64,000 bases of DNA, from assembly GCA_964016885.1 (NCBI GenBank), contig OZ024740.1, forward strand, positions 68,758,001 through 68,822,000. The letters run 5' to 3'. The stretch comes from Eledone cirrhosa. Its lineage: Eukaryota. Below the pieces are notes generated by a model, which was given only the letters and a program-made list of their open reading frames with translations, was not told where the DNA came from and did not search any database. This document shows positions 40,455 to 54,799 of the stretch, one piece after another. Numbering within the stretch: the stretch's first letter is position 1; each line of letters begins with the position of its first letter. The position numbers were made by a program, and so were the translations under genes.

Positions 40455-43400
40455 TATAATGATAATAATAGTAATAATAATAATAAGAAGAAGAAGAAGA
40501 ATGATAATAATGATTTCTTTATTGGCCACAAGGGCTGACACGAAGAAAAACATTAAAGACGGCACAGAACAGTACGATACAAAGTGGGTTTTGGTCGTGT
40601 GAACAGGTTATAACAAAATCGGGCAAGATATCCAAAAACATTCAAACAACAAAATTCACCAAGAAGGGGGAAACACTCCATGGGTCACTCGTGGTGAAAA
40701 CCACACAAAAGACCACGGCCACCCTGACCACCAGGGCATGTGCCCTCTCTCACTTTTCCCACTCTTCAGTCTACAGGCGTATACTCAGAGCTGCCCCGTC
40801 ACTCGGACCAGACTCGCCACTTTCAACCACCTTTCAACAAACTTACTAGAAGACAGCACTTAACTTTCCACCCTGATTTTCCTCTTCAAGTGAAACAGGG
40901 ATTGGCCCGAGAGGAAAGTGTCCGTCTTCAACCCTTTCAATCTTGTCCACCACACAATCTCTTTCGCACTGGCCACCAGTTAGATGAAAACTCCCCTGCC
41001 CTTCCTCCTCTTGAAAGGAGGATGGCGAGGCTATCTGCACAATGGACTCAGTCGATAACCGGATCCGTCCTACACGCGAAAGCAGCTCTTCGACATAGCT
41101 CCACAAGTCAGCAATCCTCGGGCACTGAACGAGTGCGTGCAGGACGGTTTCGTCGCCCTCGCGCATCTCGGACAGGCTCGGCTGACAGCAGCTCCGTGTC
41201 TGTAGAGCTTATCCCGAACCGGCAACGCTCCCCAGTAGCACTGCCAGGCCAGGGATTTCTGGAAGTTGTCTATAGGCCCCGGTACGAAAGTTCTCTTGAA
41301 GAGAGCGAACAGCTGATCTTCTTCGACGCCCAGGGTCTCCCTGAGAACGTCGTCGCTCATTCCCTCCACTAGCACTCTATAGAACGCCGAGGTGGATGTT
41401 CCATCGATACTAGTGCCCAGCCGGCAGAGGGCGGTGAGTGTTTGGAGACATTCCAGCTTCCAAGCACTATCCCTCAGTCTTTTCCTGATCCAGGACAGCA
41501 GCTCCGTCAAGGAGAACAGCTGGGGAAAAGCGCGTTTGGAAAACGGCGACCACACCTGTTCACCGTCAAGGAAGCACCAGAGATGTTGCATCCTCAGCGC
41601 ATGTTTGCGCATCGTCAGCCACGGCATGCCTTGTCCTCCACGCAACGGGTGTTGCAGCAAATGGATCGTCTGACCATGGGAGCGCGTCCCTTCCACAAAG
41701 AGCGGAAGAGAAGCCACTCCATTTTGATCAGAGTTGGGCGGGGGCAAGGTACGACGGTCAGGCGGTAGCAGATGACGGACTCTATGTACGCATTCGCCAC
41801 CTCCGCCCGACCTTTCAGAGACAGCCTCTTCTCGGTCCATTTCTGGGTGAGAGAGGCCACCCTGCTCGTCATCTCGCTCCAGTTTTTCTCCCCCTCGAGG
41901 TCCGGACCGAACCAGACCCCGAGCAATTTAACTGGTCCTTCCGTCCAGTGCCCCGCGACGCTGTCGGAGGGTATGGACTTGCCTCTCCAGGTACTGAGTT
42001 GCAAGCCCACCGACTTTTCCTGGGTTATCTTCGCTCTTGACACCGATTCGTATTCCTTGAGAGCGGTGCCCAGCATCTGGACGTGTTTGATGCTCGACAC
42101 CACCACGGTGACGTCGTCGGCGTAAGCTGACACAGATTTCCCGCATCCCATTTCGCGTTGAACCGCTCTCATCGTCTCCAATTTATGTAGTAAAGGCTCT
42201 AGGGCCAGTACGTACAAGAGGGACGAGAGGAGTCAACCCTGGCGTACGGAGCGCATGATGCTGAAAGGCTGTGACAGGTGACCATTCACCCTCACAATCG
42301 AGCAGATGTCGCTGTGCATCGCAACGATCGAGCCAAAAAAAACGTGCCCGAAGCCGGCCGCCTCGAGGACTGCATCTAGGTACCGATGGTCGACCCTATC
42401 AAATGATTTAGATTGATCCAAGTTGATCAGGGCCCCACCCGTACCAGGTTCCTTAACCACCCTCTCTATGATGTATCACATGAGATGGAGGTTGTCGTGG
42501 ATGGATCTGTCCGGGGTGAGCATGTCTGCGCCTCTCCCACCAGATCACCGACGACACGCGCTAATCTCTTTGCTAACATCTTGGTCAAAATCTTAAACTC
42601 TGAGTTTAGCAGAGTTGGGGCCTGAAGTTGTCTATAAGGTCCCCCTTGTTCGGGTCTTTTCTCAGCAGCGCCCCCGTTCTCCGGCTCACAAAACTGGGAA
42701 TGCTCTCGTTCTGCTGCCAGTTGCAGTAGACATCGGCCAAGAGGTCGCCGAACAAGTCTGGCATATACGCAAAAAGTTCGTAGGGCAGACCATTCGAACC
42801 TAGCGATTTACACCTCATGCAGTCAGACATCGCGCCCCGTATTTCACCTGCTGTTATCGGCTTTTCGCAGGACTGCACTGCGGTCGTCGAGGGCCGCGGC
42901 AGTCCGTCGAGGTATACACCGAAGTCCATACCCCGATCCGGCCCGCCGCTGCTCCCGAACAATTGGTCAAAGTGCTGTTGAAAAGCCGCAAACATCTGCT
43001 CGGGTTCAAGCAACATGCGCCCGTTTTGACCAGGCAAAGACCGAATTGTGGACTTGTTGCCACGTCGTGCCCTCACCACCCGGGCCTATTCAACGGCTTT
43101 CGTCCTCTCGTGTCTTAGAGCACGCGTTCTAGCTCTGACAGCGCAGCCTTCATGCTTTGCGTTGAAGAATTAGTCGAGTGCCAATCTCGCCGCAAGCACG
43201 TCGGTTGCGATTCCTGTCCTAAACGCCTCTTCTAGCCTTCTAACTAACTCTACCTCTACTCTATTTTCCTCTATCACTACTCTTTTGCTAAACATTATCG
43301 ATTATACTCTAATAGCCCTTTCCAGGGTAAACCGCCATCTGTTGTTGACGATCGCACCCGTCAACGTACGCTTAACTAATTCGCTAACCCGGTCTCTGTA

Positions 43401-46050
43401 AGCTTTGCGCACCGGGAAATACGCGTTCAGCTTCCAGTAGCCGGGCCCTTGCCTATGGAGTCTATCTAAGTCAACTTCACAGATCATAATTTTGTGGTTC
43501 CTGTAGTCGACTACTTTAAATTGTGGACAACCTACACCAGCCTTATCTGTTTCCCTACAGAATACCCTATCTAAATACGATCTGGAGTACCCGATGCTGT
43601 TTGCCCATGTCCACTTTGGCACATTCGGATAAACCAGTCTATACCTGTCCGACAGTTCAAAACGTCTGAGCAGGTTGTTTGGGCTTTTACACTCTCCTCC
43701 CCTGTCTACTAGCCCCACATAATCCCAGCGCACATCTGAAATACCATTCCAGTCACCCACTAACACTAAAGAGCGGGACGTTCCAAGAGAGGTCTCTAGA
43801 CGTTTGAAAAAATTCGGCCATCCTGCCTCTGTTGGAACGTTGACGGCTACTAACCTGAAAGCATTGCCTTCGCTGCCAGCCACGTCCAACACTACCAACT
43901 TACCTTCTGGCTCCAGGAAGATGGCCCGTATGGCGAGATCCAAGCCTCTCCGAAAAGACACGGCAACTCACCCACCCCGATCCTGGACGGCTGGGAGATG
44001 CGTATACATCGTAGCCGCCGAAGATCGGTGCGAGGGCTCGTGCTTCGGAGATTCTGGTCTCGCTGATGGCCACCACATCTATGTTTAGTGACCTGAGGTC
44101 GTTGAGCAGGTGACCCTGCTTCCAAGATGACCCCAGGCCACGTACATTTATACTGCCTATTCTAAGTAAGGTCATGTTTGATGTGAAATGGGCTAAGTGA
44201 GAAAGGATCACTTACCTTGTTCGTGTGGTGAAGGGAAAGTAGAACCGTCCCTTTGGCTGGTCATGGGTGTTTTCAAGAGGATGTCGGTGTATATCCTTTT
44301 GGTAACCCACCCTCTGAAGTCTCCAACTGCGTTTCTAATATTCTATTTTGATTTCAATGATGTTTATGTTTGTCGGGAGAGTTCTTGGTGTTGGTGGTGT
44401 GTAGTAATTTTGTTCTGTGATGTTTGTATGCTGCTTTATATGTTGTAAGAGTCCTTTATTTTCCATGTTTATGGCTGTGTACTTTTTGAAGGAGGGGGTG
44501 ATTTTGTTGCTGTTTTCTTGTTGATGCTGTTGGGTGTGTGTTTTTTAATACGTTTGCGATGTTGGTGTATTTGGTGATGTTGGTGGTGGCGTGGTTGTTG
44601 TTGGTAGTGATGGTTGTGGTGGTAATGGTGATGGTTGTGGTGTTCCTGCAAGTCTCCTTGCAGCCTTTACCCCGTTTTGTTTCCCTTCGCTTTTGGAGGG
44701 TGAAGCGAAGGGTTTTTTCCTTTGTTGATTTTTTGTGGCAGACCGTTTCCCAATTCCCTCCCGCCTCATACTCCATGTCGGATTTCCTGCCGTCTGGCAG
44801 AGTATGAGCTACAATGCTGTTGATGGTGGTAGTGGAGCCCGCTCCGGGGATTTTGCCGCCGGTGTAGCTACTGCGACTGTTGGTGTTTCCGCCACTACTG
44901 CCGCTGTTTTAGTTGTCCGTGGTCTTGGTATGGGTGCCACGGACGTTGTCCTCCTACTCACCATGGAAGGGTATTCTGCCTCTGTTGCCTGCCCTGCTCT
45001 CGGTAGCAGCGGATCAGGCGTCGGAAGAAGGTGCGGGCTCTTCTTGGCTGTCTTCTGCGGGCAGAACCCTGAGGTGACATTTCTGCCCACATATATAACA
45101 CTTTGGGCGCCATCCTTCCACGCTTATAGGGAGTTGGAGTCCTTCTTCGAGGTCTATGATATCTGGGATGGCCTCGATGCACTCCTGGTCAGTCTGTACT
45201 AGCATGTGCATGCCTATTCCTGACCAGTTCTCTCTTCCCATTCTCCGTATTTGCAGTATGGTGGTGTTCTCCTCGATTCCAGCCAGTACAGAAGACGCGA
45301 CCAGCCAAGGTATGGGTACGTCGGGCGGGACCTGGGTCACTTTGACCCTCACAATTTTCTACTCGCATTACGAGGGCACCAAGACTATCTCCTCACTCAT
45401 TAGGGTTTCCAAAGAGTGAGACTTCGCCTCTTGGGGGGTGGCGAAAAGTACGTCTAATGTGGCGTACTTTTTGTCACTGAGCGCAGCTGCTGGTCATTGA
45501 AGAAATCCGGTGGAGGTTTCAGGGAAACTATTTTTATTCCTTGTCACCATGGCTCGTGCGACTGCCATCTCCTCTTCCGTGACTAGCACTGTCTCTATAT
45601 TTCGGGCCACACCTGCGAAAGAAATGGTCCCTTTTTCAGCGGCACTATTATTGCTGCCGCTACTGCTGCTACTGGTCTTGTTGTTGGTGCTGTTGCTGTT
45701 GCTATTGTTACAAACGGTGTTGTTGGTATTGTTGATGTTATCACTGGTGTAGTTGGTTGTGTTTTTGGTGCTATTTGTATTGTTGCTGTTGGTGTTGTCG
45801 TTGATTATTTTCTTGTTAGTTGTGTTAATATCGTTGTTGCATTTGTTCTCATTTTTTTCTGTTGCCTGTAATTTTGTTGACGCCGCTATTGTTGTAGTTG
45901 GTGTGGTAATTTTTCCTAAATTAGTGTTCTCATTTTGTCTTTTTTCACGTTGTTTGTGGTGGTGTTTGTTGTATGAATTTCACTAACCCACTTCTCAACT
46001 TTTACGGCGTTGTCACACGACAGCAGACATATTGCTAGGGGGCATGGCTC
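40455..46050 (-). mobile_element. Near-full-length Tx1/L1-clade LINE, disrupted
   Basis: ORF1 remnants include zinc knuckle CYICGQKCH (~45075-45100). ORF2 from ~44175: GSINVRGL, GDWNG, GYWKLN, NLDQSKSFDRV, YADD, CPRC..ETVLHALVQC. The 3' end is GGCCAATAAAGAAAT + (TTA)n-like tail. Confidence 0.92.
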
Positions 46051-46299
46051 AGCGATGTTTTTTTGTTTTTTTTTTAATTTTCAAAGTAAAATAAAAAAAA
46101 CAAAAAAAAACATGGCTGAGCAATTTTCAAAGTAAGATGTTCTAATATTGTTCAAATATTATACTTTCCCCTTCACAGGGCAGAGTCCAAGGGCACGACA
46201 AGAAACATTAAACAACAAGAAACATTAAAAAACAAATAATTATAACAGGTAAATAAAGCGACTTACTGGGAGCGAGCAAAAAGACGTCCGAACAGACCA

Positions 46300-49200
46300 A
46301 TAATAATAATAATAATAATTTCTATATTGGCCACAAGGGCCTACATGTAATGGAAAACACAGGTAAAGTGGAATGTTTAAAATCAAATTGAGTAAAAATA
46401 CACAATAACAAAAACAATTAACCATATAAAAATATAAAAAATATATAAAATATGACAAAATACATTCCGCAATAGGGGGTGAATCAGCCGGGGGCGAAAC
46501 AGGTACCCCACCATAAAATCTCTTTCGCTACTTATACCAAATAGAGGAAAACTTCCTGTACTTCCCAGTCAAAAGAAAGCGGGAGGTGGTGGCATCTTCA
46601 TTCTGGACTCGGTCAATATCCGGATCCTGGCAGCAGGTGAACGGCCTCACCAATGGAACATGTTCCCTCCACAAGAAGTTGAAGAGGAGCCGTTCCAATT
46701 TAGCGAGGCATGAACTGGGGCTAGCCATGACGATCAGGGGGTAGTAGATGATGGATGCAATGTAAGAGTTTGCCACCTCCACACGAACTTTCAGAGACAG
46801 CTTCCTCTCGGCCCATTTCTGGGTGAGATTGGCTACACTGTTCGTAAATTTTCCCAATTTTTATGCACCTGAAAGATTGAGCGGAACCAGACACCGAGCT
46901 ACTTTACTGCTCTGTCCCTCCAGCACATGACGACGCTGTTGGACGGCATGGTTTTGCCTCTCCATGTGTCGAGCTGCAAGCCCACTGGTATTTCCGGGTT
47001 TAGTTTGGCTCCAGTCGACGTTTCATATTCCCCCAAGAAGGTGCCGACTAATTCGTTTTCAGAGGTGTTCGACACTATCACGATCAGGTTGTCTGCATTT
47101 GTTGACACAGCATTTCCGCGTCCCGGTTTAAGTGGGATGCACTGCAACAGCTCCAACATCCGCATTAAAATCTCTAGCGTCAATGCATACAGAGGGTAGG
47201 AGAGAGAGCACCCTAGACGGGAGAGCTGAAACGGTTTCTAACGATGGCCATTACCTTTCACCACCGAACCTGATGTCGATGTGCATTGCAGCGATCCAGC
47301 CTCTTGAGACGAGCCTGAAGCCGGCTGCCTTGAGAACAGCCTCCAGGTAAAGCTTTCGATTGATCTAAATTGATCAGAGCCCTACCGAAGCCAGGTTTAC
47401 AGCCAACCCTCTCTATGATGTATCGCATGAGGTGGAAGTTGTCGTGCAGGGACCTGCATGCAATAGCGCAAGTTTGCACCTCCCCTAGAAAAACATTTGA
47501 CAAGCGCCAACCTCTTCAGTAGCACTTTGGCCGAAATCTTAAACTCTGTATCTACCAGAATTATGGGCCTGAAGTCGTCTAAATTATCCCTCTTGTTCTC
47601 GTCTTTCCTTATCAGCGTCACTACGCCCCGGCTCACTGAACTGGAATACTCACGCTCTGCTGCTAGTTACAGTAGACTGATTTGAGGAGATCAAAAAACA
47701 TGTACGGCATATCTACGTAAGTTCGTAGTGAAGACCATATAATGCGTGTGACGTGTACCTCCTGCAGCTGTCTACGGCATTTCGATTTTCGGATTAAGTT
47801 ATCGGCCTTTCACAGTAATCACTCTCGGCTTGCGTGAGATGCGGTAAGCCGTCGCTATAGAGACTAAAATCCTTCTTGAATCGTTCAGCTCGCGTCCGTC
47901 TCGATCCGACAAAGATCAGATTGTGGTTTTGTTACTATGCTGCACCTCTGTCAGAGTCGATAATGCTGTGTATAGCAGGGGATCCATCGGCTGGGAACGG
48001 GCCAAAGGCAACTGCTTTGATGAACGCTCCCAGGTACTAATGGTCAACGCTACTGTATGCTTTCGATTGATCTAAGTTCATCAGCACCTCCCCTGTTCCC
48101 AGTTCCTTCGTCACCCTCTTTATGCTGTATCGTATAATTGGGAACTGATGTGGATTCTTCTTTTCATGTCTGCGCCTCCCCTACCAAACCATCTAAAACA
48201 AGCGCCAACGTTTTCAATTCAGCATTTAGTATAGACCTAAAATTATTAATCCTCGTTGTTCGTGTCCTTTCTCATCAGTGTCACCACTTCCAGGCTCGGA
48301 GAACTGGGAATTCTCCCCTTCTGCTGTCAGTTGTAAGAGACGTCTGCCAAGAAATCACCGCAGGAGTTGTGCTTATAAGTCTGACAATCCAAATCAGGTA
48401 GTTTGCCCCTCTTCCTGCTAGTCATTGCCTCTCATATTTCAGCGGCTGTTACGGGCTTTTTGCGACACTTGGTTTCCATTACCGAGGGCCAGGGCAGGCT
48501 GACGCGGTAGGCATTAATGTTCTTCCAGCGATCCGGTAGCATCTCCTCCCAAATAGAGTGAAGTGCCGCTGAAAATCCACAAAATTCTGTTTTGTATCGA
48601 TAACATGTGCCAGTATTGGTGAGTCAAATATTCGATTGCGGCTTTGTTGCCCCGCTACCCACCCGCTACCCGGGCATATTAAACACAAGTCGTCCCCTCG
48701 TTTTTAAAAGCACGCACCGGAGCTCTGAAAAAGCATCCTTTGACGTAGCATTGAGGAATAGGTCCAGAGCCAATCTCACCGCAAGCAAGTTGGCTGCTAT
48801 GTCTTTGATACTAGCCTCTCCTAGGTGTTTAACGATTTCTTACTCTACGCTAGTTTTTTTTTCTATTCCTACGGCTTTATTAAAACTTATTGATTCTACT
48901 TCAACCACGCTTTTTAAGGCGAGCCGCCATTCGTTGTTGACGATTAGTGCGTTATCATGCTCTTAACTAATTCACTCATCCGACTGTTCCAGGAACGACA
49001 CATTCAGCTTCCAGTGCCCAGGTTTCTTGTCTATGGAGCCTATCTAGATCCACCCCAGAGATCACAAATTTGTGGTCTTTGTAGTCGACAAATTTAAATT
49101 GTGGACGACATAGGCTATCTGTGTCTACTTCCCTACATAATAAATCTAGATACGATCCGGATGACCCGATGCATTTAGTCCATGTTCACATTGATATACT

Positions 49201-49600
49201 CGGGAAATACAGTCTGTACCTGTCACACATTTGGAAGCGTCGGATCAGGTTTGCGAGGATTTTACCCCCACATGCCGTATCACCTAGCAGACACAGCTCC
49301 AGCGGGATCAACGAGACCTTTCCAGTCGCCCACTAACAGTAAAGAGAGTGACTTCCCTAGAAATGTCTACTGGCATTTGAAGAAATTAGTTTGTCCCATA
49401 GACTTCGACTAGCTAAAAGGCCTACCCTTTGTTGGTGGCTGCGTCCAGCTCAATGGCTTACATTCTGGGTCAAGGAAGATCCATGCCTTTTCAGAACACC
49501 ACAGCATCTCCTCCTCCAGGTCCCGGGCGGCTTGTTGTTGCGAACACCTCGTAGCCGAAGAAAAATGACTGGTTTGCCGGCTGGCTAGCACGTGTATTTG
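46300..49600 (-). mobile_element. Two decayed Tx1/L1-clade LINE fragments in tandem
   Basis: Same 3' terminus (CCTTGTGGCCAAT + TTA repeat) at ~46300-46340. The RT segment around NLDQSK occurs twice (~47350 and ~48060). APE remnants at 49000-49500. Confidence 0.8.
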
Positions 49601-50196
49601 TTTTTGTTGTTATTGATGTTTTTTTCATCGTCATTTCTATCGGTATAGTTGTGTTTTCCATTTTATAGCTGTGGTTTTCGCTGCTTTTGTTTTGGTTATC
49701 ATTGCTGTTTTCAGTGTTGTTTTTGATTTTATTTTAATTGTTGTTTTATTCATGTTATTCATATTATTGCTATTTTCATTTAAGTAATTCTCGTTATTTT
49801 AAAACACATTACTTTGAATATGGTTTTACTCTGTTTTAATTTGATTTAGTTTGATGGCTGACAGATGCTGTCACCAACAAACATTTTCTCTTTGACAGGG
49901 AAAGGTCGGCCCGCTCTTTATGTGAAGTACTTCTGTTCTTTCATTTTCCGCATATTGTTTCCATATTAACATCTTTGACTGATAAAAATTAATGTTTAAA
50001 ATTTCGATATCATGGCGCCCTTAATGTGTGTCGAGCTAGATGAGATTATATCACCTGCAAAGGACAGGGTGGCTCTTCCAATCGTTTGTCAAGTTTTAAA
50101 AGTTTAGGACGGATGAAAAATAGAATTTCAGAAAATTTTTCAAGAGCCGAAATGAAGCGTTCTTCTAACTGAGTTGTCAATAATAATGATACGAAT

Positions 50197-50910
50197 GGTT
50201 TCTGAATTAGGCTCGAGGCCAACAATTTGAGGGGAGTGGAAAGTCGATTAAATCAACCCCAGTGCATTACTGGTGCTTTATACATCGACCCCGTAGGGAT
50301 AATAATAATTGGTTCTACTTTTAGCACAGGGCCAGCAATTATCCCAATGCATTACTGGTATTTTTATTTTATCGGCCCGGTAAAGATGAAAGGCAAAGTT
50401 AACTTCGGCGGAATTTGAACCCAAACAGTAAAGAGGGCGTAATTCTATGCTGCAAAGCATGGCGTCCGACCTATTACCAATACTCCCAATCCACCACCCT
50501 TATCCTTAAGAATAATAATGATTTCTTAATTAGGTACAAGGCCAGCATTTATGGGAGAGGGGAAAGTCGATTAAATCGAATCCAGTGCGTGACTGGTACT
50601 TTATTTTATCGACCCCATAAGGATGAAAGGCAAAGTTAACCTCGGCGCGATTTGAACTCAGAATGGCAAGGGCCGTAACTCTATGCGTCGAAGCATGGCG
50701 TCCGACCCTCTACCGATACTGCCATAATAATAATAATTGTTTCTACTTTTGGCACAAGGCCAGCAATTACCCAGTACATTACTGGTACTTTATTTTATCG
50801 ACCCCCTATAATGAAAGGCAAAGTTAACCTCGGCGGAATTTGAACTCAGATCGTAAAGGGACGTAACTACGCTGGAAAGCATGTCTGACCCTCTACCAAT
50901 ACTGCCAAAT
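50197..50910 (-). mobile_element. Tandem cluster of tRNA-derived SINE copies
   Basis: Three near-complete units and one partial unit of the 2811-type SINE, separated by (TAA)n. Confidence 0.85.
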
Positions 50911-52629
50911 AATAATGTTATGTTAGTATATTGCAATATATGCATTTGTGTACATACATTTCAATATAAATATATGTGTATATGCGTGTGTGTGTGTTTC
51001 TATGCGTGTGTGTCATGACTGTAGGGTTAAAATTCTAGAATAAATAAAGTAAACTCTGTGGTATGTTTGACAACATTTCCCAACAACAGTTCGAACTCAT
51101 CAAAACCTTGAATATGCTGAGAGAAAAACATCCGTCTATTTATAGACAAGTGCGATTCATTATGTCAATATTCAAATATGTATCATGTGATTAATACAAC
51201 TAACAAAACCTGAAAACGAGAATATTGTATCCCGTGATTTTAGAGGAAATCAAATATTCTAACAGTTATGGAAAATTGATGTAAATATACATCACTGTGG
51301 CGATATCTTCAATATTGTTCCAACAGCGCAATCAGTTATAACACTCGTAAATATATTCCGTTTAGATATGAATTAATGTAATTATAATTTCATATATAAC
51401 AATAAATTCAGGAATAACAATGGAGATAAAATGAAAGAGACTCCAACTATTGATTGATGAAGAATTGTAAAGAAGACTCCGAAAGTAAAGCGAGAAAACT
51501 GGAAGCAGGAAAAATAGCCTGTTTTTTAAAAAAAAAAAAACATTTTTACTATAAATACAGTTCTCATTCCAGGAATAATTTTTGTATTAAAATCTATATT
51601 TATTTAGATACATTCTTGATATGATGTAAGTGAAAGTCTATTAAAAGTGAAATAGGCAGGTATATTGTCGAATAGAGATGTAAATATATACAGTGTCCTG
51701 TCAAACAAGTAAGAGGGAGAGAGAGAGTGAGAGAGGGAACGAAGATAGTGAGAGAGTGAGAGAGGGAAGGAAGAGAGTGAGAGTGAGAGAGGGAGGAAGA
51801 GAGAGAGAGAAAGTGAGTGAGAGAGGGAAGGATTAAAATGAGAGAGAGAGAGTAGAAAGAGAGTCTAAAATGCAAATACCAGGAATACCATAAATCACTG
51901 TAACAATCGATGCATAATGAAATGCAGAGAGAATACGTATAATGAACAGTTGTAATGATACCAGCTAGCCGAATTGTCTTAGTCTGAGTTCCACAACTTC
52001 TTGCGTTTCTCCGTTGTTTGATCAGCTAAAATATAAATAATGGTGTCAAGCGATGGGGAGACGAATATAATTCGAGATTAAGATAGGCAAACGCAGAGGA
52101 TAATTAGACAAAATGTAGTTTCATGCTTGTGGAAAAACGGAATAGAATATAGCAAGGTACTAGGCATTAGTTCCTAATAAAAAAAGGGGTAATTTAGAAG
52201 AGGAGGATGGAATGTTGAAAAGAAATGAGTTTTATCCGAATGGAGAAATTAATTTTTAATCAATTTTCTAAACTAGTTGTACCATCACATACATACATAC
52301 ACACACACATACATACATACATGTAAAATATTTGAATAATTCTGCATCCAATAACTGCATGTACGTACACATGTACAGATACAAGGCATATGCATATGCA
52401 CACATATAACTAAACAAAATACACATCCACTCATACAATAACATCCTGAGAGTCTTGTGTCTGAGTTAGAAACCGACTTTCTCTCTTTCTTGGTAAAAAG
52501 GTATTAAACTCTAAAACCATTCATGGATACATACATTGATACATACATACATTGATACACACACATACATATATACATAGATACATAGTCATACATACAT
52601 ACATAGCCATACATACATACACACATACA

Positions 52630-53226
52630 TGGTGGCTGCCAACTCGTTTTCGAGTACGGCCACTACTTTATATCCATGTAGGAGAACCCCTACCGATGCG
52701 ATGAACGTTTGTGACTTTTTAGTCTAGCCAGCGACTTGAAAACTCTGGTACAAACACTACACTTGTGACAATTATTGACACATAGTGCTGGGCCCATGGT
52801 ACCATGTAACGACAAGTGCAGAGAGATCTCCAGATAAAAAGCAATGCCTGTGTCGTGAAGCTTTTATAGTGAGCAAAGGCACTGCACAAAACCATTCCCA
52901 CTCTCTTAACCAAGATGATATTTACCAAAAAGAAGAACAAGTCAACATAATTTGATACCATCAGAGTTGCAGGTGTTCTATCAGAGTTTTCCTTCTCCTA
53001 GAATTCTGCCTTGACAAAGGCTAAGGGGTCATCTCTCCCGGTAATTTTGGATCTTAAGAGCTCCTTTGCCCTTTGACAGGTTTTGTTTTTAGTCCTGCAG
53101 GATGTCAAAAGTCACCCTCCTCACCAAGAAACCTTGGTGGGGTTGCAAGCTTAGTAGCCAACGACCCAACCATGAGACAGGTTGTACTGGGATACAGGTT
53201 ACCAGTAGCACCAACTGGTGACCTGA
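52630..53226 (-). mobile_element. Short non-autonomous RTE-derived element
   Basis: Contains an RTE 5'UTR-like TCTAGGAGAAGGAAAACTCTG. Its 3' end CGAGTTGGCAGCCACCATGTATG resembles the RTE end CGAGTTTGAAGCCAACATGTATG (~17107-17129). (TACA)n flanks. Confidence 0.55.
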
Positions 53227-53369
53227 CATATATACATACATACATACAAAACATTCTTGCGATTCAAGGGATGACAATTTCATTTCTTTTACAACCTTGC
53301 CACCAGGAAGGTGGCCGGTCAAAAATATACTCGAAATTAAGAGAAAGAGATAAACATACATAGAAGACG

Positions 53370-54270
53370 TCTGTCTATATGAGGCAGATAACATCAATGA
53401 AATTAGGAAGTAGGTCTTTGAGAAATACTGTCTGCATGATAAACAAAACTCAAATCTAGCGAACGGATATATGAATGAAAAATATATGCTTCACCGCAAA
53501 AATTATTAAGCGTGGATATGTTGCAAGAAAACCTTAAAGAGAGAGTAACATATATAAGCACAGTAGTTCATCTGAGACCAACAAATGGTACATTACCTCT
53601 CACATTGAAAGATATGCTTTCGTATCCAAGAACAAGAATAACAACGAAATACCTAGATGTGAAAACAAATGTACACGACTCTTCGGAATATTCATCGACG
53701 TGGTCACACATATCATAATCGGCTGCCCAAAGATATCCTCACCGTACGCTCTACCTATCTGTCATAATGTAGTATCCAAACATTATACATCGCAGTCCGT
53801 AAAAGGGATACTACTGAGAATAAATAATATTTAAAAGGTTACAGTGTATGGCGAGCATAGGCATACAAAATATCAAAGAGTTCTGGTGGAATGCTATAGT
53901 CAAAACTCAAATAAAATGCAAATATAGTGATATGAGACAGAAGAAAAGGCATGCACAGTAGTGGAAATCAGCTACCAATCAGATGTCACTATAATGCAAA
54001 CAATTAGCGAAAATGAAAATATTTATGCTAAATTAATAAGGAATCTGTAGATAGTTCACCTGAGTATATCATTAGATTTTTACCTGTAGTCACTTGGAGC
54101 TTTTGGATATGTTACTTTCTGTCTCAGTACAAACCTTGAGAAACAGGGATTCACTGAAGTAGGATGACCACGGCTTGTTCCGCTGTTGCACTTATATTTC
54201 ATTAATGGAATTGTAAAAGTATGTCAAACATTTCAGAAATTCAGCAGGTAATAACTGCATACTCATAATT
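53370..54270 (+). mobile_element. R4/Dong-like C-terminal (restriction-like endonuclease) fragment
   Basis: Decayed frames with IQEQE, HII.GCPKI..HNVV, FWWN and VVEIS..D motifs. Confidence 0.55.
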
Positions 54271-54289
54271 ATAATTATAGAAACGTATG

Positions 54290-54718
54290 CAGATATACAT
54301 ATATGACTCAAGACATTCCGACCCACATAGTGCCATCCAAACTTAACCACATACGGGTTCAATCGGGGGTAACCACAGTAAGTAAGGTACAATATATATA
54401 TAAACAAATATATAAGGTACAATATATATATAAACAAATATATATATACAATATATATATATATAAACAAAATGGCGTAGGACAGAAGAAAGGAAAGGCA
54501 CAGAAACAAAGAAAGGAATCCCCAGTCACTGAAGAGGTCACAGAGTGTGTGACGAAAGGACTATGGCTATATATAAACAACTATCTAGTTGTGGAACCAA
54601 CCAACCAACCAGACATTTATAGATTTGTAGATTTGTAAATTTATAAATATATAATAAATTGAAGTGAAAGCATCTGGTGAGTGTGTTTCTTATTGGCAAC
54701 ATGACCCTCCCAAAGTAT

Positions 54719-54724
<6 letters not shown>
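54290..54724 (+). mobile_element. pLTR-like unit with hammerhead and recurrent CATGACCCTCCCAAAGTATAACAA terminus
   Basis: Hammerhead at 54524-54568. The same terminus recurs next to TA tracts at ~2004, 9470, 9625, 21445, 29890, 29995 and 30962. Confidence 0.65.
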
Positions 54725-54759
<35 letters not shown>

Positions 54760-54799
54760 CGAAACATAACTCAATTGCATGAACTCATAATCCTTTATT

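Noticed and set aside
50197-50910. CRISPR-like repeat array
   Set aside because: Units are ~190-bp SINE copies in eukaryotic DNA, with no repeat-spacer structure or cas genes.
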